Below the pieces are notes generated by a model that worked only from the letters and a program-made list of their open reading frames with translations, ran no database searches and had not been told where the DNA came from. From Acidobacteriota bacterium (GTDB lineage: Bacteria; Acidobacteriota; UBA6911; JACQSX01), in assembly GCA_016211105.1 (NCBI GenBank), contig JACQSX010000029.1, forward strand, positions 5,210-69,209: a DNA stretch of 64,000 nt, given 5' to 3'. Both the position numbers and the translations under genes were made by a program. Of this stretch, positions 40,314-49,629 are shown piece after piece; position 1 is the first letter of the stretch; each line of letters begins with the position of its first letter.

Positions 40314-41726
40314 TTACCAGCGAAACGATTCTACGCTTCCAAGTACCGCTGCCAGGTTGATGCGTGCGGTGTTGTACTGTGCCAGCGCCCCTGTTTGAGC
40401 ATCCCGCGCGCTTGCAAGAGCCGTCTGTGCATTCATCACCTCGATGTTGCTAGTCACCCCGGCCGCAAATCGATCCCGCGCCATCTGTAGTTCGCGCTGG
40501 GCCAGCACCCATGCCTGATCGGCCGCCCGTACTTGCTCGGCTGTGGTTCCCAACGTTTGCAGCGCCAGTCTCACTTCCTCTTCCACCTGAGCCCGTAAAT
40601 CGTCCAACTCCAATTCCGCCTGGCGTCTGCGGCTGCCTGCCGCCACAATCCGTCCTCGAGTCGTTCCTCCGTCAAAAATGGGCACATTCAGGCGTACGGC
40701 AACGCTGCGAGTGGGGAGCGCCGCTTCATTTACGTTGATGCCACTCGGTCCATAATCGCCAACAAACTCCAGTGACGGGAGCCGCTCAGCCTGGGCCGCC
40801 CGCAGTTCATACCGATGGAGTCTGACCTGCTCCTCAGCGATTCGAAGTTCTATCCGGTTGTGATCGGCAGCGACCATTGCAGCCTGCACGGAAGGTAAAG
40901 TCTCCACCGTAAATTGGAGAGAATCGGTCAAGACCAGCGCTCCACCCAGCGGCAGGCCCGTCCCACGCAGAAGCTGTAAACGCGCCCGCTGGGAGGCTGT
41001 CTGCGCCTGCGTCAGACGTACTTGCTCCTCGGCTAGGCGTGTTTCTGCTCGTGACACATCCACCCCAGTCGCAATCCCAGCATTGCGCTGATCCTGCGCC
41101 AGCGTAAGCAGGCTGCGAGCCATTTCAACGTTGGCCCGCGCCGCATCCACTCCCCGCTCAGCGCGCAGCGCCTCAAGATAAGCAAGCGCCGCCATCGTTG
41201 TTACTTGCCGACGAGCAAGTTGTTCCCGCAGACCGGCAATCCTGACATCGGCCCGACCCGCCTGCAATTCCCAGAGGGCATCCAGGTCGAGGATACTTTG
41301 CACCAGTTGCAGCCGCGCATCGAAATTGCTGAAAGGGCCAACGAACGTCGAAAAGCCGGGAAAGAAACCAGGCCGAAAACCGAAGGCGGCCAGGTTGCGT
41401 GTAACATTGGCTTGATAAGCCGACCCTGACAGATTCGGGAGTAGGTTGGCGCGGGCTTCCGTCTCTCGCCCTCGCGCTTCCACCTTCCTTTCTCCGGCAA
41501 GCAGCGCGGTCAGATTACTGCGAAGCGCACGGCTGACGGCATCCTGAAAACTGAGCGGAATCGGGCCCGGGGGTAATCCATCCGGTACATTGGCAACGTC
41601 CAATTGCCCTTCCACGGGCAGGAAAACAGCCAGCGCTGTCGGCATTGAAACCAACACGAGGCGAACAGAAAGAAGCGCGGACGTTGCAACCAGCCACCTC
41701 AGCACACCTCCAATGTTGCTGCTCAT
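40314..41726 (-). CDS. TolC-family outer-membrane efflux protein
   Basis: Two-repeat OEP architecture with a signal peptide. A 4-nt overlap with marR. Confidence 0.85.
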   Translation of the reverse strand: MSSNIGGVLRWLVATSALLSVRLVLVSMPTALAVFLPVEGQLDVANVPDGLPPGPIPLSFQDAVSRALRSNLTALLAGERKVEARGRETEARANLLPNLSGSAYQANVTRNLAAFGFRPGFFPGFSTFVGPFSNFDARLQLVQSILDLDALWELQAGRADVRIAGLREQLARRQVTTMAALAYLEALRAERGVDAARANVEMARSLLTLAQDQRNAGIATGVDVSRAETRLAEEQVRLTQAQTASQRARLQLLRGTGLPLGGALVLTDSLQFTVETLPSVQAAMVAADHNRIELRIAEEQVRLHRYELRAAQAERLPSLEFVGDYGPSGINVNEAALPTRSVAVRLNVPIFDGGTTRGRIVAAGSRRRQAELELDDLRAQVEEEVRLALQTLGTTAEQVRAADQAWVLAQRELQMARDRFAAGVTSNIEVMNAQTALASARDAQTGALAQYNTARINLAAVLGSVESFRW

Positions 41727-42289
41727 GTATTCTCTCCCCTTTCGCGGTCGCTCTCGATCGAGCGCTGCACGTTATTTCGCAGCTTTGTCAACAGCCGGCT
41801 CAGTAGGATCTTCTCTTTACTACTCATCACCGTGTAAATCCTGCGAATTTCTGCGTAATGGCCTGGCAGAATCGATTCCAATAGCGCCTCTCCTGCTTTC
41901 GTGATGCGCGCGATTCTCACCCGCCGATCTCCCTCCTGGCCCACGCGCTCAAGCAGGCCTCTCCGTTCCAGGCTGTCGACCAGCGCCGTAATATTGGCCC
42001 GGCTCACCAGCAACAGTTCGCCAATCTCATGTAAGGGTCGCCCCTTATTCTCGCTCTCCCTCAAAATCATCAATACGTTGCCGGCGGACAAAGACAGCCG
42101 TTTCGCGCTCAGTCTGCGCGCAAAGTGGGACGCGACCACGCCATAGGTATAAATTAGGTTGAGGTGTAATTCGACCGATGGTTCGTGAAATCCTCGATAG
42201 CGCCGCGCATGGCGCAGCCAACGATCCAGCGAGTAGAACGAGGCTCGTTTGTCTGTTTCCCATCCTCTACTTCCGGACATTTTAATCAT
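41723..42289 (-). CDS. MarR-family transcriptional regulator; first gene of the marR-tolC-emrA-emrB operon
   Basis: Winged-helix MarR core (LHEIGELLLVSRANITALVDSLERRGLLER). Confidence 0.85.
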   Translation of the reverse strand: MIKMSGSRGWETDKRASFYSLDRWLRHARRYRGFHEPSVELHLNLIYTYGVVASHFARRLSAKRLSLSAGNVLMILRESENKGRPLHEIGELLLVSRANITALVDSLERRGLLERVGQEGDRRVRIARITKAGEALLESILPGHYAEIRRIYTVMSSKEKILLSRLLTKLRNNVQRSIESDRERGENT

Positions 42290-42296
42290 GGGTCTC

Positions 42297-42325
42297 TGTA
42301 TAATAATTAGCTATCAGATTGTCAA
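42297..42325 (-). promoter_or_regulatory. Sigma70-type promoter for the marR efflux operon: TTGACA - 17 nt - TATACA; near-leaderless
   Basis: Read on the minus strand. The -10 element ends 7 nt before the marR ATG. The flanking AT-rich inverted repeat (ATTATAATATTAAAT) is a candidate MarR operator. Confidence 0.4.
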
Positions 42326-42463
42326 TGATTTAATATTATAATCACGAACAATCCAACGAAGGTGTCACAAGGAAAACAATGAGACGTGTTATTGAATGTT
42401 GCGGATGGAAATCAGGGATCAACTCGCTCTGGCGGTGTAAAGGTCCAAGGATAGCACGACCCG

Positions 42464-43174
42464 TCAAGGCTCCACGGCCCCGTCGCCGCCGCTCTCAAAG
42501 AGATATCCCGCCCCGCGCACTGTTTTCAAATGTGCCGGGGCTTCGGGATCCGCCTCAATTTTCTCCCGCAGCCGTCGGATACAAACATCCACACTGCGTG
42601 GAGACACGAAACGATCCGTGCCCCAAACGGCGTCAAGCAATTCATCGCGCGAAAAGACCCTGTTGGGATGAGCGGCCAAGTGATAGAGCAAGCGAAACTC
42701 GAGCGTGCTCACAAGAATGGACTTCCCGGCACGGCTGACGCGATAGGAGTCAGGATCGATCCGCAGTGATCCAACTTGGATCGCTTTCTTAACGTCATTG
42801 AAGGGCTCGGTCCGACGGAGCAGTGCCTTCACGCGCGCCATGAGTTCCCGCGGGCTGAACGGCTTGGTGACATAATCGTCAGCCCCCAACTCCAGCCCTA
42901 GAACGCGATCCACTTCTTCATTGCGCGCCGTTAGCATCAGGACCGGCAGTCGATTCATTCTTGGGTTGCGCCGGATCTCTTTGCAGACCTCTAGTCCAGA
43001 AAGCTTCGGCAACATCAGGTCCAACAATAGCAAGTCTGGCAGGGACTTCCTCAGCTCTGCCAGTCCAGTGATGCCATCGCCCACCGCGGCCACCTGATAG
43101 CCTTCTCTCTCCAGATTGTAACGTACTAACTCAACGATATCTTTTTCATCTTCGATGATCAGAATCTTGCGCAT
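42464..43174 (-). CDS. OmpR/PhoB-family response regulator (REC + winged-helix), orphan
   Basis: REC (MRKILIIEDEKDIVEL...) and trans_reg_C domains. No histidine kinase is adjacent. The start was moved to ATG 43174. Confidence 0.9.
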   Translation of the reverse strand: MRKILIIEDEKDIVELVRYNLEREGYQVAAVGDGITGLAELRKSLPDLLLLDLMLPKLSGLEVCKEIRRNPRMNRLPVLMLTARNEEVDRVLGLELGADDYVTKPFSPRELMARVKALLRRTEPFNDVKKAIQVGSLRIDPDSYRVSRAGKSILVSTLEFRLLYHLAAHPNRVFSRDELLDAVWGTDRFVSPRSVDVCIRRLREKIEADPEAPAHLKTVRGAGYLFESGGDGAVEP

Positions 43175-43487
43175 GTCGCTGCGGTCGATGATAAATCGCC
43201 AGAGCGAAAATATCACACAATCGGCGATAAAGAAGAGAGTTGATGTGAGATGGCTGAGCGTACCAGGGGCGTGTCATAAGAAGGACACGCGTGAGCTCAC
43301 GCCTTGACTTCGTCGCCGAGACCTCGCTTCCAAGCAACTGAGTCTGCCCGCCCTTCAATCGGTAACAAACATTTCATGTGACCGTCACAAGGTTGTAACA
43401 AACCTTCCCTACTCTGGAAATGGCTCAGGAGCCTCAATTTCCGGCAGCAATTTTTCTGCAAGGCTCTTCGCGATGGGAGAAAATATC

Positions 43488-44963
43488 ATGCGAGCTTCAT
43501 GGCTGGGACTGGTCGTGGTCGGGCTCTCTATAGCAAGGCTAGTCGTAGCGGAATCACAAACAGATCAAGTGGGCGCCTGCCAACCTGCAGAAGTATCACG
43601 AACAGAGGAATCGGCCGGCACGCTCCAACAGGAGCAAGAGATACAAACGCTGAGCCATCAGCTTGAACAACAACCTGGCAATTCTGCTTCAATCGGTGAA
43701 ATCGCCAACACGAAGGCGCCCCATGTACAGGGCGCTAAATTGCCCAAAACATCCGCCCAGGGAGTAACGAACAACTCCGCGGAACCATGCCTGGCAATCG
43801 CCGAAAGGCGAATCGATCCGGACACCAAAAAGGAGCCTGAACGCCGCGCCGCAGAATTGGCGTTCAGTGGTGATCTTAGCTTACGCCACGAGGCATTCCT
43901 CCAGAATGGCGCCATGACTCGTCAACGGGAGAGGTTGCGCCTCCGGCTCAACATCACCAGCAACCTCACCGATACAATTTCTGGCGGCCTTTCGGTAACG
44001 ACTGGCGGCATTGACGACCCAACTTCCAGTTATCAGACGGTCACTGAACTTTTCGCCCACAAACCGATCAGGTTTGATCGTTATTTCCTAACCTACCAAC
44101 CCAATTCATGGAAAGCCTTGACCCTAACCGCTGGCAAGTTTGCTTATCCCTGGTACCGAACACCGCTGACTTTCGACAACGACATCAATCCCGAGGGTAT
44201 TGCCCAGACACTGCGGTTCGACTCTAACGGCCCACGGCTCAAGAATGTCACGCTCGTCGGCTTCCAACTGCCATTTCATGAGACGGGTCACGGCTATGGC
44301 AGTTTCATATTCGGCGGACAAGTTCAAACTCACTGGAGACTTTCCGACAAGGCGATGTTTCGAGTCTATGGCGCGGGAGTCAACGTTACCGGTGCTGACT
44401 CCATCGCCGCTGCGCTAGCCAAAGGCACACTCAGGCCGGGCCTACCTAGCACCAACCGTCTCCGGGTAAACTCATCAGGCGATGTGATCGGCTACCAGTC
44501 GAGGTTTCTCTATCTGGATCTAATCGGCGTGCTCGACTATCGCTTGCATATGCGGCTCCCGCTACAGGTACAGTTCAACCTCGTCAACAACATTCACGCT
44601 GCCACGCGGGAACGGCGCGGCTACTGGGCTGAGATACGATTGGGTAGGCCTTCGGAGCCAAAAGAGTTCCAGTTGGGCTACACCTTGGTACGGATTGAGC
44701 CAGACGCAGTGATCGGCGCCTTCAACGAGAGCGATCTGCGGGCACCGACCAATGTTCTTAACCACCGGATCACTTTCGGTTATCAGATACGAAGCAATAT
44801 TTTATTCAGTTTCACTCTCTGGCTTGGGCGACTGGCGAAGCCGCATTCCAACCCTACGCTGGTAGCGCCGGACTTCCACGCTACTTGCGCTTCGACGCTG
44901 CTTGCAGCGTGCGGTGATCCATATCTGAAAAGGATGCAGTTTGACATCACTTACAAGTTCTAA
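43488..44963 (+). CDS. Putative outer-membrane beta-barrel porin (possibly a phosphate-selective porin O/P-like)
   Basis: Signal peptide (MRASWLGLVVVGLSIARLVVA), alternating amphipathic strands, and a C-terminal ...YKF. It lies next to the PhoB-like regulator. The family assignment is tentative. Confidence 0.5.
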   Translation: MRASWLGLVVVGLSIARLVVAESQTDQVGACQPAEVSRTEESAGTLQQEQEIQTLSHQLEQQPGNSASIGEIANTKAPHVQGAKLPKTSAQGVTNNSAEPCLAIAERRIDPDTKKEPERRAAELAFSGDLSLRHEAFLQNGAMTRQRERLRLRLNITSNLTDTISGGLSVTTGGIDDPTSSYQTVTELFAHKPIRFDRYFLTYQPNSWKALTLTAGKFAYPWYRTPLTFDNDINPEGIAQTLRFDSNGPRLKNVTLVGFQLPFHETGHGYGSFIFGGQVQTHWRLSDKAMFRVYGAGVNVTGADSIAAALAKGTLRPGLPSTNRLRVNSSGDVIGYQSRFLYLDLIGVLDYRLHMRLPLQVQFNLVNNIHAATRERRGYWAEIRLGRPSEPKEFQLGYTLVRIEPDAVIGAFNESDLRAPTNVLNHRITFGYQIRSNILFSFTLWLGRLAKPHSNPTLVAPDFHATCASTLLAACGDPYLKRMQFDITYKF

Positions 44964-45020
44964 ATCGAGCTGCCATCAAAGCCATACCGTTCCAGCTAGA
45001 ATCTGGCGCCGCGGGATGGA

Positions 45021-45695
45021 TCATTCAACCGAGAACTCGCTCGGCGAGACGGATAGTGCGCGCTGCGTGGCCAACCGTGAGGTTCGCCTACCAAATAGCC
45101 AAACAACCAGGCGGTACGCCAACAATAAAGCCAGAATGATCCCGTAACGGATCGGTTTCGTATGGTCGGACTTCACCAACCAGTAGTAATGCACTACACC
45201 GGCCATCGCGCTGATATAAACAAGGCGGTGCAGCCTCTGCCAGTACTTGCCGCCTAGACGCCGAATCCAGCCCGCGGTAGAGGTGATCGCCAGCGGAAGC
45301 ATCAATGTGAATCCAGTGAACCCCACCGTGATAAAGGGCCGCTTGCCGATATCCTTGATCATGTCCGAAACGTCAAAAAATTTGTCCAGCCATACATAGG
45401 TAGTGAAGTGGAGACATCCGTAGAAAAACGCAAACAGCCCCAGCATTCTGCGAAAGCGAACCAAGGCGGGTTGCCTCAAAAGTTTGCGCATCGGAGTGAC
45501 GCTGAGCGTGAGCAACAGGAACATCAGCGTCCAGTCCCCGGTAAAATGCGTTATGTGTTCGATAGGATTTGCTCCCAGGCCGTGATGTGTTCCGCGCCAG
45601 GCTAATTGCGCCAGCGGCACGACACAGAGCAGAAATACGAGCGCTTTGATCCACTTCTTGAACAGGATCGACTTCATGACCGCGCTGAGCTTCAT
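45021..45695 (-). CDS. msrQ: Protein-methionine-sulfoxide reductase heme-binding subunit MsrQ (YedZ)
   Basis: Six-TM ferric-reductase-like fold with conserved His residues. A 1-nt overlap with msrP. Confidence 0.85.
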   Translation of the reverse strand: MKLSAVMKSILFKKWIKALVFLLCVVPLAQLAWRGTHHGLGANPIEHITHFTGDWTLMFLLLTLSVTPMRKLLRQPALVRFRRMLGLFAFFYGCLHFTTYVWLDKFFDVSDMIKDIGKRPFITVGFTGFTLMLPLAITSTAGWIRRLGGKYWQRLHRLVYISAMAGVVHYYWLVKSDHTKPIRYGIILALLLAYRLVVWLFGRRTSRLATQRALSVSPSEFSVE

Positions 45696-46654
45696 CAGAA
45701 ATATTTCCGAAGGTCCATTCCGGCATAGAGCTGGGCGACTTGATCTGCGTACCCGTTGAACATCAGGGTCTTACGTTTAAAGAATTCGCCCAGCCGTCGT
45801 TCTTTGGCCTGGCTCCAGCGCGGGTGATCCACATTGGGATTGACATTGGAATAAAATCCATACTCGCGGGGAGCCGCCAAGTTCCACGTAGCGGGCGGCT
45901 GCCGCCCCACTAGGCGGATCTTCACAACGGACTTGATACTCTTGAATCCATACTTCCAGGGGACCACCAGGCGAAGCGGCGCTCCGTTTTGATTGGGAAG
46001 GACTTCACCATACATCCCCATGCAGAGAAGCGCCAGTGGATGCATCGCTTCATCCATTCTCAGCCCTTCCAAATAAGGGAAAGAAATCCCCGCAAAGCGC
46101 GCCACGGGCATCTGCTTCGGGTCATAGAAGCTTTCAAACGCCACAAACTTTGCCTTGGAGGTAGGCTCGACCTGCTTGAGCAATCCATTCAGGGGAAAGC
46201 CGATCCAGGGAACGACAATGGACCAACCCTCGACACATCGATGGCGGTAAATCCGTTCTTCCAGCGGAGCGATCTTCATGATGGCGTTGATGTCGAAAAC
46301 CTTTGGTTTCTTTACTTCTCCTTCCACCGCCACGGTCCATGGCGAGGTTCTAAAGTTCCTGGCCAGCGTGGCCGGCTGTTCCTTATCGGTCCCGAACTCG
46401 TAAAAGTTGTTGTAATGGGCAACATCGTCAAATGGCGTGATCTTCTCATCCGTGCTGAAGGGACCCCTAACCACGTTCAACTTGGTACCCGCCTGCACGC
46501 GCAATGACGGCCAGACGATTTCTCGACCCAGGCGGTCGGCAATCAACGCGGCCCCTGTAACGGCAACGCCGGCAACAAACTTCCGGCGGCTCAGATAAAC
46601 GTTCTTTGAAGTGACTTCCGAATAGGGGATATCCGACGGTCTTCGAATCAGCAT
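45695..46654 (-). CDS. msrP: Protein-methionine-sulfoxide reductase catalytic subunit MsrP (YedY, Mo-dependent)
   Basis: Tat signal ([16 protein letters not shown]) and a sulfite-oxidase-family Moco domain. The start was moved to ATG 46654; the ORF-track N-terminal extension (46655-47005) is rejected as non-coding. Confidence 0.85.
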   Translation of the reverse strand: MLIRRPSDIPYSEVTSKNVYLSRRKFVAGVAVTGAALIADRLGREIVWPSLRVQAGTKLNVVRGPFSTDEKITPFDDVAHYNNFYEFGTDKEQPATLARNFRTSPWTVAVEGEVKKPKVFDINAIMKIAPLEERIYRHRCVEGWSIVVPWIGFPLNGLLKQVEPTSKAKFVAFESFYDPKQMPVARFAGISFPYLEGLRMDEAMHPLALLCMGMYGEVLPNQNGAPLRLVVPWKYGFKSIKSVVKIRLVGRQPPATWNLAAPREYGFYSNVNPNVDHPRWSQAKERRLGEFFKRKTLMFNGYADQVAQLYAGMDLRKYF

Positions 46655-47020
46655 AACTCTTACCCTCCCAATTCCCGTGGCCAGGGTTGACCACTTCCTC
46701 ACTACTCTTTTACGGCAACGGTCGCGACACGGATGCTCTTTTTCTACATTTTCGAAACATTTGGTTCCGACCATATCGATCCCTGAAGAAGCAGGACCCA
46801 ACCTTCTCCCACATGGGCTTCGGTATCCAAGCATACGAGGATAACGAGTTTTCCAGACAAAACAAACGTCAGGCAGGGCATCAGACGTTCCGGAACTGCA
46901 AAAGATTTCCAGAGAGCTTGATCGCCTGCAGAGAAATCCGATGGAGGTAACCGAGTACTTCCGCAACCAAGCATTGGATTCGCCGTTGCTGCAAGGCGCC
47001 TTCATTTTCCTGATCCTTGG

Positions 47021-47320
47021 TTGTGCATTCAGAGCGTTGCCGAGTTTCTACAGCACCAGCTAGAAAGACGGCGGGCAGAAACCAGAAAGCAGAAGGCGGT
47101 AGACGAAAGTACTGGAGCGCGAGATTTGTCCCAAGTGGATACGGGGTTGTCGCGAACTTTGGTGAGTGATGATGCGGGTGTGTACCGGGCAACGCAGTTG
47201 GAGGTGGGCAACTATGAGGTCAAAGCGGAGCTGGCGGGTTTTCAGACCTCAATCCGAAGGGGCATCCAAAGGGCTTTGTCCGGGACGTTTGATATCCGAA
47301 CAGAAGAAAAGATCTGCTAG
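47021..47320 (+). pseudogene. Gene remnant resembling the CarbopepD_reg / N-terminal region of a TonB-dependent receptor
   Basis: ...VSDDAGVYRATQLEVGNYEVKAELAGFQTSIRRGI... matches the carboxypeptidase-regulatory-like domain of Acidobacteria-type TBDRs. There is no plug or barrel downstream. It abuts the tRNA-Leu 3' side. Confidence 0.3.
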
Positions 47321-47358
47321 AGAGGTTGGGTCGACTTACCCGTACGTGCTTGATTTCA

Positions 47359-47445
47359 TGGTGCCGAAGGGGGGACTCGAACCCCCACGCCCTTGCGAGC
47401 GCTAGCTCCTGAAGCTAGTGCGTCTGCCAATTCCGCCACTTCGGC
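47359..47445 (-). tRNA. tRNA-Leu (anticodon CAG)
   Basis: The minus-strand sequence GCCGAAGUGGCGGAAUUGGCAGACGCACUAGCUUCAGGAGCUAG...GGGGGUUCGAGUCCCCCCUUCGGCACCA folds as a cloverleaf: 7-bp acceptor stem, anticodon loop UUCAGGA, a long variable arm, GTTCGAGT T-loop and an encoded CCA. Confidence 0.9.
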
Positions 47446-47551
47446 AAGCCGTGCAGAGTGACGGAATTATATCCAAAAACAAAGGGCTACCACAAACCTA
47501 CGAAGTTCCCCAGCCCTCCCATTTCAACACATTACCGAACTTTGCACGCAA

Positions 47552-48103
47552 ATGATTCCCAACAGCGAAACAAATGCCTTATATTTGGATCCTATGGATA
47601 CAGAACAGGCATTTCTCAATGAGGCAAGAGCGTCTTTCTTGAAAGATTATCTCCCAAAAATCGAAAAATGCATGGAACTCCTGTCCGACCAGGATCTCTG
47701 GTGGCGTCCCCATGAAACCGACAACAGCGTGGGAAACTTATTGCTCCACTTAGCCGGCAACGTGAGACAGTGGATCATCTCCGGCATCGGGGGCGCGCCG
47801 GACCGCCGGGAGCGGCAGCAAGAGTTTAACCAGCGTGAACCGGTACACGGACATGCGCTGTTGCGCGACCTTCGTTCAGCCTTGCAGGAGGCAGACGCGA
47901 TATTGGCTGCCATGCAGACGTCCGAATTTCTAAAACCCCGTGTGATTCGAAACCTCGAGCGCACACCCCTGCAGGCGATTTTCCACGCTGTACAACATTT
48001 CGCGTACCACACTGGACAAATTATTTACATAACAAAGCTGAGAAGCGGTAAGGACTTGGGCTTTTTACAAAGCAGGAGAGAGAAGCGAACTGCTCCTGAT
48101 TAA
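47552..48103 (+). CDS. DinB/YfiT-like (DUF1572) metal-dependent four-helix-bundle protein
   Basis: Conserved His positions (LLLHLAGNVRQW...HFAYHTGQIIY). Confidence 0.7.
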   Translation: MIPNSETNALYLDPMDTEQAFLNEARASFLKDYLPKIEKCMELLSDQDLWWRPHETDNSVGNLLLHLAGNVRQWIISGIGGAPDRRERQQEFNQREPVHGHALLRDLRSALQEADAILAAMQTSEFLKPRVIRNLERTPLQAIFHAVQHFAYHTGQIIYITKLRSGKDLGFLQSRREKRTAPD

Positions 48104-48125
48104 TTTACCTTAAGGAAGGATCCTT

Positions 48126-48392
48126 TTGACCGTCCAGAGTCTTGTTAAGGACGTGGGAACGCTGGAGTTTTCCCAGACAGTTATCGAAGAATCGCACCGC
48201 CGACCGGTAGTGGTTGACTTCTGGGCTTCGTGGTGTGGGCCCTGCCGTTTTCTCGGGCCTATCCTGGAAAAGCTCGCCGAAGAGTTTCATGGTGATTTTC
48301 TCCTAGCAAAGGTCGACATTGATGCGCATCCAACAGTGATCGTCTCTTCAGGGAACGGATGTACCCATTTAGCAGAAGGAGAAAGATCGTAA
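48126..48392 (+). pseudogene. Thioredoxin, C-terminally truncated after ~70 aa (WCGPC active site present; the last ~40 aa of the fold are missing)
   Basis: [42 protein letters not shown] aligns to thioredoxin up to the position before the conserved IRxIPT strand, then diverges and stops. No continuation is found in other frames. Confidence 0.45.
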
Positions 48393-48729
48393 GTTCTCGA
48401 TTCGCTTTTTCAAAGGTAGTTTGGTCAATCAACCTTTCATCAAAGCAAGTTTGAATGTATACCGTAGCCATCGTAGTCGTTCGGAGCTTTCTCCCCCCCC
48501 ACATAACGGCCCGGAGCCCAGAGTTTGCCGATGACTTATGCACCTGCGACGCATGGCAGGATCGAATATCCGATAACCAATAACCAGGGTGATGTAATTT
48601 TCTTTGACGTCACCAATAACCAGTAACGTCTTGACTTTTCGTCCAGTACAAACTCAACATAGACCGACGGTTTGAGCCGTTGGCAACCCGTGCCTGTGCG
48701 ACGCCAATCGCTCACGCGGACCTAATATC

Positions 48730-49047
48730 ATGAGTGAAACTTTGAACGAAGAGCAAAAGCGGAAACTCGAAGAACTCGCCAAGACTCCCATTCAACTCAC
48801 CGTTCCGGCAGGAGTACTCAATTTGCTACTGCAATACCTGAGTTTTTGCGCCGAGTGCAATCCTTCGGTCATTCCTCGCAATGACGAAAAGGGCCAGCGT
48901 GATATCCACCGAGAACCGCTTTTATACGGAAATCTGAGAGAACTGGTTCACCTAATCGATGCCTGGTATGCGGAAATGCAACGGCAGATCGCGGATGCCG
49001 GGGGCAACCTGGATGCTCTGAAGGCATCGTCGGAACGGATCCAGTAG
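48730..49047 (+). CDS. Hypothetical small protein (105 aa), helical
   Basis: ATG start and coding-like composition. Convergent with the response regulator gene. Confidence 0.4.
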   Translation: MSETLNEEQKRKLEELAKTPIQLTVPAGVLNLLLQYLSFCAECNPSVIPRNDEKGQRDIHREPLLYGNLRELVHLIDAWYAEMQRQIADAGGNLDALKASSERIQ

Positions 49048-49071
49048 GAATCGATACGGCTTTTTGCAATA

Positions 49072-49503
49072 TTACGCACCAGGCCACCTCGCGCCAGCCT
49101 CGATTGACGCAGTAGAAGGGCTCCTTCTCCTCTCAGTTTCTCCTACTTTTTCCACGTTAACCCACAGAACTTTTTCTAGATACTCGAGGTCAAAGGGCTT
49201 GATGATGTGATCGGATGCTCCCATACCTAGGGCGACACGCCCGATCTCCTTATCCGTCACACCTGTGACCAAAATAACTCCGATGTCTTTATTGTACTCC
49301 TTGATTTCTTTCAGAACTTGCAGCCCACTCTTGCTAGGCATCCAGATGTCAAGCAGCACAGCCTTTGGGCTTTCTTGGCGGACATTTTCAAGGGCTTCCA
49401 GTCCATCGGAAGCTGTCACTACTGCGTAGTTCTTTTTCTCCAGGAACTGCTTGAGTAAATCAACAATGATCGGGTCGTCGTCCACCACCAGAATTTTGGC
49501 CAT
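49072..49503 (-). CDS. Single-domain (CheY-like) response regulator
   Basis: REC domain with the phospho-acceptor Asp context (MAKILVVDDD...LLDIWMP). The start was moved to ATG 49503. Confidence 0.85.
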   Translation of the reverse strand: MAKILVVDDDPIIVDLLKQFLEKKNYAVVTASDGLEALENVRQESPKAVLLDIWMPSKSGLQVLKEIKEYNKDIGVILVTGVTDKEIGRVALGMGASDHIIKPFDLEYLEKVLWVNVEKVGETERRRSPSTASIEAGARWPGA

Positions 49504-49629
49504 ATCTCGTCCCTGTCCTCGAATATGTCGTCGCACTTGTCTACCCTGAAACCGACAGGTCCTAAATCGGAAGGCGAATCTCACCCTCTCCTGCCCAAGC
49601 AAGTCAGACAGCTTTCGGTTCGGCGCTCA

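Noticed and set aside
46655-47005. N-terminal 117-codon extension of the msrP ORF in the ORF track
   Set aside because: The Tat signal peptide and homology begin at the internal ATG 46654. The upstream part is Cys/Arg-rich with no homology, so it is treated as a long 5' leader.
48259-48543. Minus-strand 94-aa ORF overlapping the end of the thioredoxin remnant
   Set aside because: No RBS and no homology. It spans the C8 tract and non-coding DNA, so it is likely spurious.
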